Of a stretch of 64,000 bases of DNA, positions 12,500-25,502 are shown in pieces. Numbering within the stretch: the first letter of the stretch is position 1; each line of letters opens with the position of its first letter. The position numbers and the translations under genes were made by a program. The DNA is from Callorhinchus milii. Lineage: Eukaryota. The stretch lies in NCBI RefSeq assembly GCF_018977255.1, contig NW_024704743.1, forward strand, positions 104,472,001-104,536,000, in the 5' to 3' direction. A model generated the notes under the pieces. That model did no database searches. It worked only from the letters and a program-made list of their open reading frames with translations, and was not told the origin of the DNA.

Positions 12500-12830
12500 G
12501 TAGAGAAGTCTCAGGGTAGATTGTATTGAAGTATTCACAATCTTAAAGTGTATAGATAGACTGGATTCTAACAAATTGTTTAGCGTATCACAAAATCAAC
12601 AAGGGGCCATAGACTCAAACAGACGGTTCAGACTAAATTATTTTACCCAGAGAGTTGTAAATATTTAATAGTGCAGGGAGATTGTGTCAGTAAATTCAAG
12701 AGGAATTTGATAGCTATTTGATGAAGAAATAGATTGAGGGCATAAGAGAGAATAGTGAAGGGTTATTGTTGGTTTAATTTAAGAATGGTCAGCCTGACAA
12801 CAATGGTCTTTTCTGGTCCTCTACATTATA
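12500..12830 (+). mobile_element. Old CR1-like 3' fragment
   Basis: Degenerate ...AGGGGCCATAGACTCAAA...TTTACCCAGAGAGTTGTAA...AAATTCAAGAGGAATTTGATAGCT (TRGH.LK, FTQRVV, FK..LD motifs). Confidence 0.55.
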
Positions 12831-13246
12831 ATGTTCTGATGAAACAGCATAAATAAAACACATTCCAAAATGCCATCAGGGACAACTTCAGTGTTTTTGA
12901 CGTTAGTGCAGATTTGCAGACAATGAGGAAGTAGAGTACATCTAATGAAGGTTTTATTACTTGGTTAAACTGCAACAGCAGGAAATAAGTTGTACTTGAA
13001 GTTCTTACGAACTTTAAATGCAATATGTCTTTAAAAATATATATCTTAAAAGTCTTATAATATATGTGTAAAATTGCTGGTCACTGCGATACCTTATAAG
13101 GCTTTACTATGTCACCTACATCATTAGTCAACATGTCACACGTTGGAGAGAGATGGTGGGGCTTGATGGGTGGGGGAGTAGGGGGAACCTAATGCCTTAT
13201 AAGGTAGTCTAAGCCATCATCATGCGCCTAATTGCCTGTAGCTCAG

Positions 13247-13545
13247 AGTCCTGTAGCTCAGTGGTTAGAGCACTCGCTTTGCAAGCGAGAGACCTGAGTT
13301 CAATTCCAGGCAGGGCTAAACCTTGGGCAAGTTTCCTTACTCCATAATAATCCCTCCAAAAACCAAAAACAATAATAAAATCGGTCATTTTCAATCTACG
13401 ACTGTTTGTGGGACATTGCTGTGCGCAATTGGCTGCCGCGTTCGCCCACAAATATACAGTCAATTCACTTTACAGTGTGTTCTGTGCAGCGCTTTGGGAC
13501 GTCCTCCCGAAGTGAAAAGCGCTATATCAAATGCAAGGATTATTA
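13247..13545 (+). mobile_element. tRNA-Ala-derived SINE (short form, young)
   Basis: Near-identical to the copies at 10454 and 32460. Confidence 0.93.
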
Positions 13546-13559
13546 AACATTATAAACGG

Positions 13560-13860
13560 GGCAAAGACAAAGTCAGGCCGATAGGCTGGGCCGATAGAAA
13601 AGTGCGGCTGCAATTATTCTATGGAAATAATAAATCTGCTACAAATGAAGTTTCTGGCCCCCGGACCTCCTGGCTGTTTACCTGCCGTCACTGTGGGCGG
13701 GAAAACGCGAAGGACCTGCGAGAGACCAGGCAGCGATCAAAGGCAAGGAGCGGATCTGGAAGGAACGACCCCCAACACAACTTTGGGCAGAGCAGCTCCA
13801 GACGCACGTGCGCGGTGCAGCGGAAGTGGGAAATGGGCTTCACTCCACTCAGAGGCCCTG
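13560..13860. promoter_or_regulatory. CpG/GC-rich candidate promoter
   Basis: The clearest non-repeat CpG-dense patch I noticed. Palindromic CGCACGTGCG (E-box/NRF1-like, 13803-13812), ETS-type CGGAAGT (13821-13827), GGGCGG near 13695. Confidence 0.55.
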
Positions 13861-13867
13861 CTGTTGT

Positions 13868-13997
13868 GATTGTCTGTGTGAGTGTCTGTGTGTCTCTCTG
13901 TGTGTCTGTGTGAGTGTCTGTGTGTCTCTCCATGTGTCTGTGTGAGTGTCATCATGTGAGTGTCTCTCTGGGTCTCTGAGTGTATGAGTCTGTGTGC
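13868..13997. repeat. Degenerate (GT)/(GTCT)/(GAGT) low-complexity repeat
   Basis: tgtctgtgtgagtgtctgtgtgtctctctgtg... seen directly. Confidence 0.85.
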
Positions 13998-14391
13998 GAT
14001 GCTGGGCCACGAGAGGCAGGGGTTGATGAGCTTCTGTAGCCCCGCATTCAGGACACTGGTCCTGAGTGTCTGATTTTGGTGGATCTCCAGGCCCTTCCGG
14101 CCTGTAGTGGTTTCCCCCACCCCAAATGGCCCGCCCAGTTTTTGTTAAAGAAGAAATTCATAAACATATTTTGCAACAATCTAACATGTGCTTTTTCCTC
14201 ATGTTTACTTTTTATCAATAAAGTGAAAAAATGCACGTTGGCAGTAAAATGTACCTCGATAGCACCAATCAATTCCCTGCAATTTTCTGCAAAGTTTCAA
14301 ATTTCCCCACGATTTTTTGCAAATATTTCCACAATTTCCTATTTTAAGATGCAATGGAAGCATAATTTCTTTAGTATTTGCCGAATCAATA

Positions 14392-14771
14392 TAATAATCA
14401 TTATAATAATAATAATCCTTGCATTTGATATAGTGCCATATTATGTCTTCAAGACGTCTCAAAGCGCTCTATAGAATATACTGTAAAGTGAATTGACTAT
14501 ATTTTGTGGGTGAAACATGGCAGCCAATTGTGCACAGAAGTATCCCACAAACGTGGTGGATTGAAGTGATCAAATTTGGGTTTTTTTTTGAAGAAATTAT
14601 TACCCCCGGAAAAGCAATCCGCCTATCGACTAACAGTTGGTTCCTACTTACTGCTAGGTAAACAGAGGCATGCGGAGTAAGCAAACTTGCCCAACATTTC
14701 ACGCTGCTGGGAATCGAGCACAGATCTCTCGCTTGTGAAACGAGAGCTCTAACCACTGAGCTACAGGCTCC
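14392..14771 (-). mobile_element. tRNA-derived SINE (long form)
   Basis: Reverse-complement full copy including the internal GTAAGTAGGAACC segment. Confidence 0.9.
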
Positions 14772-15961
14772 AACATAACGCAACAAAAAACGGAAGTACT
14801 CTCTTTGTTAAATAAATTTAGTGGGCGCTTTCACTGAAAGAAGCCAAGTCATCAACAACCTGAATCAGAACATTCCTTTTTTTATTATCTGAGAAAAATA
14901 CATTAGCATTTTAAGGCAATAGACAATAGTAAAATTTTTATTTTAACCTACGATAAAAAATTTAACCAGTGTCTGAAAAATCGGTTCCCTTTTGAGTCCA
15001 AAAATACAAAATGTTCTTCAGAGTGTGTTACAAATAAAAACATTCTATTTCCAACGTTAGTTATCACTGTGTGCTACACTGTTGTGTTTTAGAAAATCTT
15101 TATTTTGTTAAAATTATAATGAAAATCATTTCATTGAAAGTTTAAAAGAAAAATAATGTGAGGTACAACTTGCGCGGCGTAAAAGGTGCTATACAAATGT
15201 AATCTTGTTGTTGTTGTTTTGAGTTTTAAGTGTGCGCTAGATATCTTAAAACTTGTTATCAGGCAAATATATGGCATTTTTTAATGTGGGAAATAAAATA
15301 TTAAGATTGTGAATTATTTTAGTATTTCATTAGAAATAATAAATGGTAATACTTCTGTGCCAAATATTATAACAACTGAATTGTGTTAATATGTTTCATT
15401 GTAATTCCTTTTATGGGTTCTGATATCCTTAATTGTGCCTATTGGCAAGAAGAAAGAAAATGGAACTACAGCAATGTAATTTGGAGCAAAGCTTTCACTT
15501 GTGAGAAGTTTCCTCAACTTTGTAACTTGTTTACATTAGGGGCTGAGGCCCCCTCCTTCCCGGTCTTAGGATCACCCGTAACGACCTTCCTCTTCAACCG
15601 TCTCTATGTCTACATCATTACGCTTCACAGTAAGATCGATTGAAGCACTTTCAGAGAGCTTGACAATGTGATAAAGTGCTATTCCAAAATGCAAGGATTG
15701 TTATTATATTATTTGTAATGGAGCTCTCTACCAGAAGGAAGCGTCACGCATTATTTAATGTGACGATGATGACGGATTTAAAAAGGCAATGGTTACAGCC
15801 CCACCCCAAATATTATTCACCAAATAAAAGCTTCATTTGTCATCTGGGTCATTGCTGCTTGTGAAAATGTATTTGTGAAGATTAGCTGCTGCTTTTGCTA
15901 ATATAAGTCACTATGTGTCAAAGTCACTCATTGTTCAGAGGAACTTTGATATATTTTTGCT

Positions 15962-16195
15962 CTCAAATTACCGCCCCATCTCTGACCTCCACTTCCTTTC
16001 CAAGGTCTTGAACGAGTCGTTGCTTCCCAGCTTCGCTCATTCCTATCCTGCCATATGAACCCCTCCAATTGGATTTCCATGCTGCGCACAGCACAGAAAC
16101 AGCCCCGGTCAAAGTGACAAATGACATTCTGTTCATTTGTGACCAGGGCTCCCTCTGTCTACTCTTCCTCCTTCACACTCTGCTGCCTTTGATGC
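15962..16195 (+). mobile_element. L2 reverse-transcriptase fragment
   Basis: NYRPISDL.FLSKV...HSTETAPVKVTNDILF, homologous to 61475-61700. Confidence 0.88.
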
Positions 16196-16202
16196 CAAAG
16201 AC

Positions 16203-16482
16203 TCCCAAGGCGCTGGACAGTCAGGGATTTGGACTCAAGCAGGGATTTGGGATCAGGAGGTGTGGAGGGAAGAGAGGGTAGGAGGGTGTCCAAAGGCACG
16301 ATCGAAGAGGAGGGATTTGAGACTTGCCTTGAAGGAGGTAAGTGGGGGAGCGAAGGGATTGTGGAATGGAGATCCAAAGGGTGAGGCAGGGAGGCTGAAG
16401 GCTCGACTGTCAATGGTGGGGTGGGCCGGGGAACGTGGAGCCTGCTGAGCGGAAGGAGCGGACAGGTTGATATGATGGTAGC
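16203..16482 (-). mobile_element. L2 3' fragment lacking its terminal tail
   Basis: PTIDSRAFSL...SFKASLKSLLFDRAF on the minus strand. Confidence 0.85.
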
Positions 16483-18899
16483 AGGTCAAGTTACAGTTAC
16501 TGGAATGTATTCCCATTTGAGTGATTCAGATTCCGCATTATGGAATTGTATTTCAAATCCTGCATTTTAGACCCTCGTAAATTGGTGAGATCAGCAGCAA
16601 AACGTAAAATGATATATTGTGATTTGCTGTCATTATTATGTCTGGTTGACTTGCTAATGGTACAAATACAGATACTTACTTTACTGCCACCAGATTTTAA
16701 TTTACATTGAAACATTATCTAATCTGTTGGTGTGAATGTGAGTTACTGCTGCACTTCATTGAACAGTTAATGTGGCCTTCTGTTTCTGAAATCAAAATGA
16801 AAGGTTTGCTTCCAACTCATTGCTATGATAATTAGAACAGATTATGTACTCATCCCACTGGAGCAGATGCAGCTACCATTAATGTCAAGGTTGCTGCTGT
16901 ATTTTAGAACACTGAAGGGCTCAAGGTCAAAATAAAATATCTGCTACCACATAAAACATAAGTAACAAGCAGCTGTTTCATGCTGTAAACCAGATACAAG
17001 TCTTCACAAAACCTTTGCAGTAATTAGATACTGATTGGATTGAAAACATTCTCTCTACCCAGTCCAGTTTACTGCAATGCACTGGCCCCTAGCATCCCCA
17101 CTGGCAGGATCTCTCAATGCTAAACTAACAGCTTTTCCATTAATTTGCTTTATGCATTTAACAAAATGAACAGAGTTCTGTAGAATGGAATGCATTCGTT
17201 TGGTAATTGAATCCGTACAGTGTATTTCTAGACTAGGTGATGACATGGCTAATGACACCGATGGAATTCATATTTAGCATTTTTCAAACCCAACCTAAAG
17301 ATTGCACCCTGCTGCATCAACGGTTTTAATTATTGATGCCTGGAGTTGGAGCTGGAAGAGTTAAAAGTGAAATGAGAGTTGTTAAATTGTTAGCAGAGAA
17401 TCATCAGTGTATTGGAGGCAGTAACTAATGTTAATTGGTGTTTCTGTCTTGTTGGATGGATGTGAAATCAGAGACCAACAGTTGAATGATATTAACTGAG
17501 ATAGAGAAACAGCCAGATCTCCCTCTCATCCCTAATACAGTGCTGGTTAGACTGCAGAACTGGACAGCTAATCCTGTGATTTGGTCAGGCTGACATACAA
17601 GTAAGGCTGCTTTCCTACGGATGTCAACCCAGTAGCAGTTTCCTGTAACGTTCACGAATATCAAGCTTTAGCTCAGAAGTGTTTGTGTAAGATAAGTAAT
17701 TATTGCATTTGATATAGCAAGTTATCACATCGAAAATTTACAAAGCCCTTTACACAATGGGTTACTTTGAAGTGCAGTGACTGTTCTCATATTTTGTGAC
17801 TATGATGTTTTCCAGTACCATCTTTACACTGAGTCCCACAGTGCATTTGAAAATTAGCTCAGCAAGATTTTTGTGTTGTTTATTGAAACTGCTGAATGTG
17901 TTTCAGGTATAGTTCATGGTATACAGTAGAGTGCAGTGGATATTGTTGCTCGGGTAACATAATATCTAATGCATCAGTTTCCGTTATATTCTCAAGCAAA
18001 ATCAATTATAAAAGGATTTATATTTAATGGATATGCTTGAACAAAGAACAAAGGTTCAACAATGTGCCATTGGGCCAAATGCATATTATTATGCGTTCAT
18101 AAAAAGTATGCAGGTCATCAAGCAATCTGTAGAGCACATATTCAGGCTCCCTGGCATAAAAGCACTTTAGATAGTTTTCTGATGCTAAAAACGCACATTT
18201 ACTGCTATGTCATTAACATTGCACAAACCAACAATCCTCCAGATTAATTGTTAATTCATTCTTTGGTTGTTTGTCTTGCTAGCACAATATACTATCACCT
18301 TTGTCTACAAAAAAGTGGTACAATACTTGATAGTAATTTCTTACGAACTTCTTTGATGTATTTCAACATGATAGCCCTCCCATCACACTCCTAGTTAGCT
18401 GTGTGAAGCACTTTCAGACGTCCTCCTAATGTGAAAGGTGCTGTATAAATGTGAAATTGTTATTGCTGTTGATAAAGTGCTCTACAATACAATTTCTCCC
18501 TCCATTTTGAGCTCCTTTGCAATCTCCATAGGGTTGTACGATATTAACCAGCTTTATTACATCTTTTATTCTCTTAGTTTCTGAAATCTTTTGTCATTTG
18601 AGGTGCTCTTGATTCTGTGGGTTCTACTGCCATGGTTTGTCTTGTGTCTATTGTATAGTACAAATGATTTTTCTTTATAAATGCAATACTTGCATACATT
18701 TATTAACCTGTTTCTTCAGAATAATACTTACGTAATAATGCAATCCAATTAGTTGCATTGAGCAAATGGGACAAGTTGGAGTGACTTCTCAATGCATCAG
18801 TATGGAATATGCACTTGTTATTCATTGTAAATGTCGTGATGTGATTTTAAAAAAAAGCTCTTGAAAAATATTGACTAAAGTCCAATGGTAATAAAACCT

Positions 18900-19180
18900 C
18901 TTCTGAGTGTCATTTCTAATGTCGTTTGGATGAGACATTATAACTGAGGTTCAGTTTGCTTGTTCAGGTGGATGTTAAATATCCCATGGCAAAAAGAGAC
19001 AGGAGTTTATCCTGGTGTCCTGACCAATAATCCCTCAAATAAAGGTGATTCAGCTCCTGGCTATTTCTGGGAAAATTGACATGCGCAAATTGGTTGCTGC
19101 ATTTGCCCACAAAACACACAGTCACTCTACTTTAAACTATATCTGTTAAAGACTTTGCGTCATCCTCCCAACTTGAAAGG
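18900..19180 (+). mobile_element. Deu-domain SINE, partial
   Basis: GGATGAGACATTATAACTGAGG...TTCAGGTGGATGTTAAATATCCCATGGCA core plus shared tail. Confidence 0.7.
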
Positions 19181-19184
19181 CAAA

Positions 19185-19375
19185 CGGAGACACTGGACTC
19201 ATTTTTTTAAAAAAAGCAACTTGTTGCTGTGATGGGAGTACAGTACGATGGGAGTTCTGGAAGGATCCAAAATTCAGCGCCTTGGGACGTCCTCCTGACG
19301 TGAAAGGCGCTTTATTAATGGAATCTTGTTGTTGTTGTTGTTGTTGTTGATGAGATCAAATGGGCTGAAGGGCAC
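19185..19375 (+). mobile_element. CR1 3' end interrupted by an L2 3' tail (about 19275-19349)
   Basis: TTGCTGTGATGGGAG...TTCTGGAAGGATC continues as GATCAAATGGGCTGAAGGG after an inserted CAGCGCCTTGGGACGTCC...(GTT)n; same CR1 family as 58165. Confidence 0.65.
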
Positions 19376-20105
19376 TGTTTGTGTTTGCCTAAAGTTCGCA
19401 GTCACTATTTTTCACAGTAAAATCTCATAAAGTGCTTTCAGATTTCTCGACAATGTGATATGGTGCTATATCAAATGTAAGAATCATATTAAGGATTATA
19501 TTAGAATCTTGGGACCTTGTGAACGCTATCGCTTTGTGGCCCTTTTCCTGGCATAAATTAACACTGTGCAGAGGTTTGAAAGATCACAAACTGGTCGCGA
19601 ATAGTAATTGCTTAAAACTCCCATTGCTTTCACTGACAACTATATGTTTAAACAATATCTTCTGTGATGGATTTAGAAGTTTGAATGAAACAGAACAATT
19701 AATCCTCACCATATGAAAAGTAAATATTTTTCTTTTCTCGTGGAGTCGGTCACATCTGCATTTCTTCTAGCAAACTGTGATGTCTGGACGGCTGTTGTCT
19801 TATGCAATAAGATTGATAGGAAATTCCGGTGCTTAATCCCTCCCTGGGAGATCAAAGCATCTCAAAATGTATTTTCAGAACTCTTTTTCTATCACTTGAA
19901 GCGAGTTTCTGTGATCATTATACTTTGCATACCAGCATGTTGGTGCATCCAATAAGAATATGTGCAAACATCCTTACTTCATTGGCAATATTCATTAATT
20001 ATGCATATCTTCTTCATTATAACTGAATTAAATGTACTCTGGTGAGTCTGATTCCTTTCCCTTTTGTCTGTTTGCAGGCCAGCGTTCCTCTCTGTGCCAT
20101 AGCAC

Positions 20106-20132
20106 ATGGATTTCAGGACTGCGTCTGAGGAG
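20106..20132 (+). CDS. SNTG1: SNTG1 coding exon 1 (MDFRTASEE); exon begins 20078 with 28 nt of 5'UTR
   Basis: Acceptor cttttgtctgtttgcag|G at 20077/8, ATG at 20106, donor GAG|gtatgt. Confidence 0.93.
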
Positions 20133-23100
20133 GTATGTTCTACTCTATTGTGCACCTCCGTTCAACACCTCTCCACAACAACAGCCATAATTTTAAATTT
20201 ATGTATCGCCTTTCATCTTGGAAGGGCTTCTTAAAGTGCTTCACAGTACTAAAATCTGTAAATGAAAGGATGCACAGTAAGTGCTTTGGATACTTTTGCT
20301 TTTCTTAGGGTAGATTTCTGCTCAACCAAACGTATCCTCCTGCACAATAAAATTCGCTGATCCCAGTGAGTATATTTGGAATGCAAGAAGGCAGCAAAAT
20401 GATACACTGCTCCAGGCAACATAGCTTCTTGAAGATCAGTGGGAGGGATAAAAGCATTGAAGTAAACAGCCCTTCACAGTGAACCTTTATAACAGATAAA
20501 GCAATGTGTTGAAAAGTCTAGTATCACATTTGTAAAGCCCATAACATTTTATGTTTGACCTAACCGAATGCATTGTGATAGCGAGCTGCATTGACCAAGT
20601 TTGATCCTTGGTCTGTGTTGAGGCAGCAGTTCTTAGACCAGTAAAACTAGTCGTAGTTTCCTTAGGGCTAGGAAAGGTCCTGCTCGTGAACACTGGCTGC
20701 TTGAAGGCCTATGTGAGTGGATATCAGCGGCCTAATAGTTCTCCTGCTCTCAGGTTGTAAGGCGATGATTTGTCTTAAAATTAAGATCGTGGAGCATTGT
20801 GAAACATTCTTAAATCACTCTGAATTTGGAATCCAATTCTTTTTAAAACTTTGCAAAACCGACTGAACAGATTGAACAGATTTTTAAAAAATGTTCTACA
20901 ATTATGCACGACAGAGGACCCAGGTTATATATGGGCCTGTGGTGTACTGAATGTATAGTGCAGGGGTTGGGGAGGAGCAGGTTGGGGACTTATCCATACT
21001 GTATTCTGTGAAGTTGTATTCAAATGCTATAATACAGGTCATTCCACTTTACAGTATATCCTGTAAAGAGCTTCGAGACTTCCTCCTGACTTGAAAGGTG
21101 CTATATCAAATGAAAGGACTATTGTGTGACAGTTTTTAAATTGCTCTTAAAACCCCTGCAACTATTGCAAAAGCTAAAACTGCATCGCAGTTGCCCCATT
21201 ATCTGGCTGAGATCAGAATGGAAAAAAAGTTTTGTAAGAAATAAGATGCCTAATTTTCTGGCAAACAAACGTTTTATTTATGTATTTGCATGTCAAGGAA
21301 TATAAATTCACAGAAGCACTATTAGAAAACACAGAAATAAGTTTGAAAGAGTTACAAAAAGAAAGGGAACCAAACAGATCCATTCTGGTATATCATATCA
21401 GTTGTTAAAGCTGATGGCAAAGCCCTTCATCCTTTATTAAGTTTGATGAAAAATAATTTAAAATCACATTTATTGTCTAATACTCTTCTATCATATCAAT
21501 CTTTTTTAAAAATTGCATTATCAAGTTTGCACATGAAAGAAGATAAGATTACAGAGGCCATCACTTTTGAAAATACAGATATAATTGGAGCATTTCACTG
21601 AAAATTTACATTTTGGTTGTAGGAAGAAATTAATTTCGATTTCCATTATCACAGGTTTAACTTTATTAATGTATCACAATGGGCCTACGCCCTGGAAATC
21701 AGAGATTGCCAAACCTTCGCAGTAAAAGAAATAGAATTTAGCTTTCGAATTTGTACTCTTTTCAAGCTGAAATCTGAAGCAATTTGATTACGATTAATGT
21801 TGTAAAATATTTCAAGTATGGAATACGCACAGTAATATTGTCAAATTCAAGCATTATTATTGTTATATAATCCTAAGACTTAAATGAATATTGCAAGCAA
21901 ACAGATTGGATATGGATTATACAAGTTTTCTCATTTTTTCTTCTGTATTACTTTTTAAGGTACCATTCCCTTATTAAGTACTTTGACAATTTGTAAACTT
22001 GGGGCATTCTCGGTTCTGTTCATTATGATTAGCATATTGATATATGTTTTATATTTTGGGGTGACAAAATGCATTGTATAATGCAACAATTATTGATTCA
22101 TTGTTAATTCTATCCCAGTTGATGTCTGACTCACTGAGCACATTAACCATCTTTTATCAAAGTTAAGCTAAGTGGCTATTGAGCTGACCCACTCAAGCCT
22201 TTTGAACCGGCCACTTGCAAATAGCAGCATTGTAGTGCTAGGTCATTCACCAGTGTAATTCAACTTTTAAATTGTCACCAGTGATATTTATTACTTCACA
22301 TGTTGTACTTTTCAAACATTCTTGACCTGAAGCAGAGGCTGATTTTCCACAAGACCCTCTTTGGAAGGAGTGAGTAGTGTAATTTTGTTTAGGATTGTTC
22401 AGCCATTTTGCCTCCGCTCTCTGGAACTCCATCCTGGAATCCCTCTCCCTTACCTAATCTGTCCCACCTTCAAAACCCATTTTAAGAGCTGGCTTTTTGA
22501 CTGTGATTTGGATTACTTCCCCCTCCACCAGACGCCTCTCCATCTCCCAGGCAGCTGTGAGATGTCTTCCTGATGTGAAAAGTATTATATGAATGTAAGT
22601 TGATATTTAGCATTGTCTGCGGGAATACATGGTTTTACTTCTACTTGCAAAATTGCAGTAGCTATGAAACTGCATAAGCAGAAAGCCAGTTGCTACAGCA
22701 AAAATTTGTTTGATCAGATACTTTTCTGTAGATGCAAACCACTGATTTAATTATTCAATACAGATGTAAGCAATACTGATGCTTCTTCAATGTATTAAAT
22801 GTGCATTCACTATATTTTTTAGAGAGACTATGCCATCTGTCAAATTACTTTGAATTCTTAAAAATATTAAATGATAGCAAGCAAAGCTATGCTCCAGAGC
22901 TATCCCTGACAGATTAGTTTGGCATATTTTTTAAAGGAACACATAATAGGGAGCAATTCCCCCTGGGCTAGATTTACTCTATTTATGTAGCATTTTAGAG
23001 GATTCAGAATTGGGCAAATTGTTAAACATAGCCATAATTTTGAAGCTAGTTTTCTGAAAGTTCATTTCAAAGATCCCATGACACGAGTCATAAAGAGAAG

Positions 23101-24097
23101 GGAGTTTTTCCTGGTGTCCTTGTCAACAATCCTCCAGATAAAAATAAATTGTTACTTACTTCCTGCCCACAAAGTATACAGTCTTATTACAGAAAAGATA
23201 AAGTGTTGTAAAATGCTTTGAGGTGCCCTCCGGATGCATACTACATTATATCAAATGCAAGGATTATTATTATTAATAATTAATGTTTAATAAGAATGAT
23301 GAGCATCCAGGGAGCAGGGAGTGTATGCTGGATGGTGTATTTGAAGTTTGAGAATAACTAAGGAGGAAAGTTAAGTGGAGTATTGACTTCAATAGTATCA
23401 GTAAAATAAAAACAAGGAAGGTTGCAACAGAGAGAAAGATGAGGGACAGAGGATTTATCAGACAACAATCTTTTCTTTTGTATCATAATCAGAAATGTGA
23501 GAGCGATATTCTGGAAGCACTTCCTCTTTAAGATTTCAATCTATTTGTCCTTTACAGAAAATCAAGTGTTGATGAGGGGTAAATAAGTATACGGCTAATG
23601 GCTAACTTAGCAAGGGTTAAACACTTATAACAGGATTATGCTGAATCAGTTGAGATTGCTGCTAGCCTTTTAAGAAAGTAGCTGCTAAAAATCAGGAATA
23701 TGTAAAGTTCTCTCCTCTTTGGTGCTAAAGGTGTTCGAGCCTTCATATTCCGTGCTAACAATTGAATATTATTTCTCTGAATAACTGGGAGACGCACATA
23801 AATTTATCTGGTTAAATTTTATGTATTCATTATAAACATTTCAGGACATTTTTTTAAAAAAACATTCTAACAATATGAATAGATGGATCATTATTTAAGG
23901 TGGGTTCTTTTTTCTCTCGCAATTTGGAGGAGCAAAATAAAATTATCCCTGTCAAAGTTCCTGAGTTACATGGCCAGAGTGCCTGCAGTACTTTTGAAGC
24001 AGAGGCAGTTGTAATCTCAGAGAGTTTTCAAGCGGTTGCATTTGGTACCAGAAGGTACCGTTGTTAGCTGTTACATGTATAATGCCGAAGTTCTGAG

Positions 24098-24200
<103 letters not shown>

Positions 24201-24819
24201 ACAGTGTATCTGACAGATACAGCTAGTAGTTGATAAAAGTAACTGGGGAAGTAATACCACTCCAAAAATACCACATAAAAGAATCTTTATTTTTCTTACC
24301 AGATTTCTTAATAAAGTATATTACAAAGAACGACATAAGGAATAATATTAGAATCCCTATTAAATCATCAGCAAAAGAGTGGATTAGGCTCGATGATCAG
24401 TGGAGAGGGTTTACAGCATAGAAAGAATTGGCACAGGCTCTCACTGCAAGATGTTCATTCAATCACACTGCACTGCCTTACTCTTCAAACCTCTATTTTT
24501 TACAACAGGTGAAATAATGTAAGGTATTTATTTACTTATTGCACCACTGTCACCAACTGGTTAGTGACAAACTAGAGAAATGCCTGGCCCATTGCAATAT
24601 TGTGACCAAATGTAACGTGTCGCGAGGTCATTAAATGAATGAAGCGTTCTGAGACGCCATCTGGCGTGGAGGGCGCTATATAAATCGAAGTTGTTGTTGT
24701 TGAAATTTGCTCTATCGATCCTTACAAATATAACACCCTACCTGCTCAGTGAGTGAATTGCTCCCAAAGTTTAGATGAAGAGGGCTGGTCAACCCATTGG
24801 ATCTCATCCTTCCTCAAGT

Positions 24820-24980
24820 GTCAGTCTGGCTCAGAAGCAGCACTCTCATCTCTGAGTCAGAAGGTTGTGTGTTCAAGCCGCATGTCAGGACTTGGAATTA
24901 CTGTATCAAGCTGTCCTTCAGATGAGGTATTACAGCACCTGCTTGAGGTCCCGTCTACCTTTTCCTGTGAAGTTTAAAAT
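24820..24980 (+). mobile_element. Deu-domain SINE 5' part, internally deleted
   Basis: GGCTCAGAAGCAGCACTCTCATCTCTGAGTCAGAAGGTTGTGTGTTCAAGCC head. Confidence 0.7.
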
Positions 24981-25367
24981 GACAAATATCCTATGAAGTT
25001 GATGCTGGGTTGCCTGAAAGTAAATAAAATTATTGAAAAAAGCAGAGGAAGCTGAAATAATCTCAACATACCCTAGTGCCTAATAATAAATTTGATCTTC
25101 CACTCTAGATATTGTGACACCTTTTCCAGACAGTTATTTCATCTGTTGAGCACTATCTTCGCTTTAAAAGTTCAGAAAGCAGTCAGTATCCTAAACCAGT
25201 TGCCTCGGCAGCAGTATTTTGCAGCACAGTGTTATTTTGCCCTCTTTGCTCGAATATGTCACAAAGACACATATTTTTGCATTGGCTTCAGAAATTAAGA
25301 GTTCACTGAGTCGTTATTAATTCTATAAACAGCTTTTCATTTCACTCTGTTCTTTTTTCCTCCGAAG

Positions 25368-25502
25368 ACAAAGACAGGAATTTGTTTGCTACAGGATGGA
25401 ACTCAGGAGCCTTTTGAAGTGCGACTGCACTTAGCAAAGGATATTTTAACAATTCAGGAGCAAGACGTTATCTGTGTGTCGAGTGAACCTTTCTATTCCA
25501 GT
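25368..25502 (+). CDS. SNTG1: SNTG1 coding exon 2 (TKTGICLLQDGTQEPFEVRLHLAKDILTIQEQDVICVSSEPFYSS)
   Basis: Pyrimidine tract + aag acceptor, gtaagt donor, 135 nt, phase 0-0. Confidence 0.95.

Noticed and set aside
13323..13913. 196-aa ORF
   Set aside because: Chimera of SINE body, GC-rich patch and GT repeat; no protein signature
17400..17606. Possible SNTG1 upstream non-coding exon ending CAA|gtaagg
   Set aside because: Donor-like motif only; unsupported from sequence alone
20042..20077. Consensus donor G|GTGAGT just upstream of the exon 1 acceptor
   Set aside because: The implied intron of 36 nt is too short for a vertebrate spliceosomal intron
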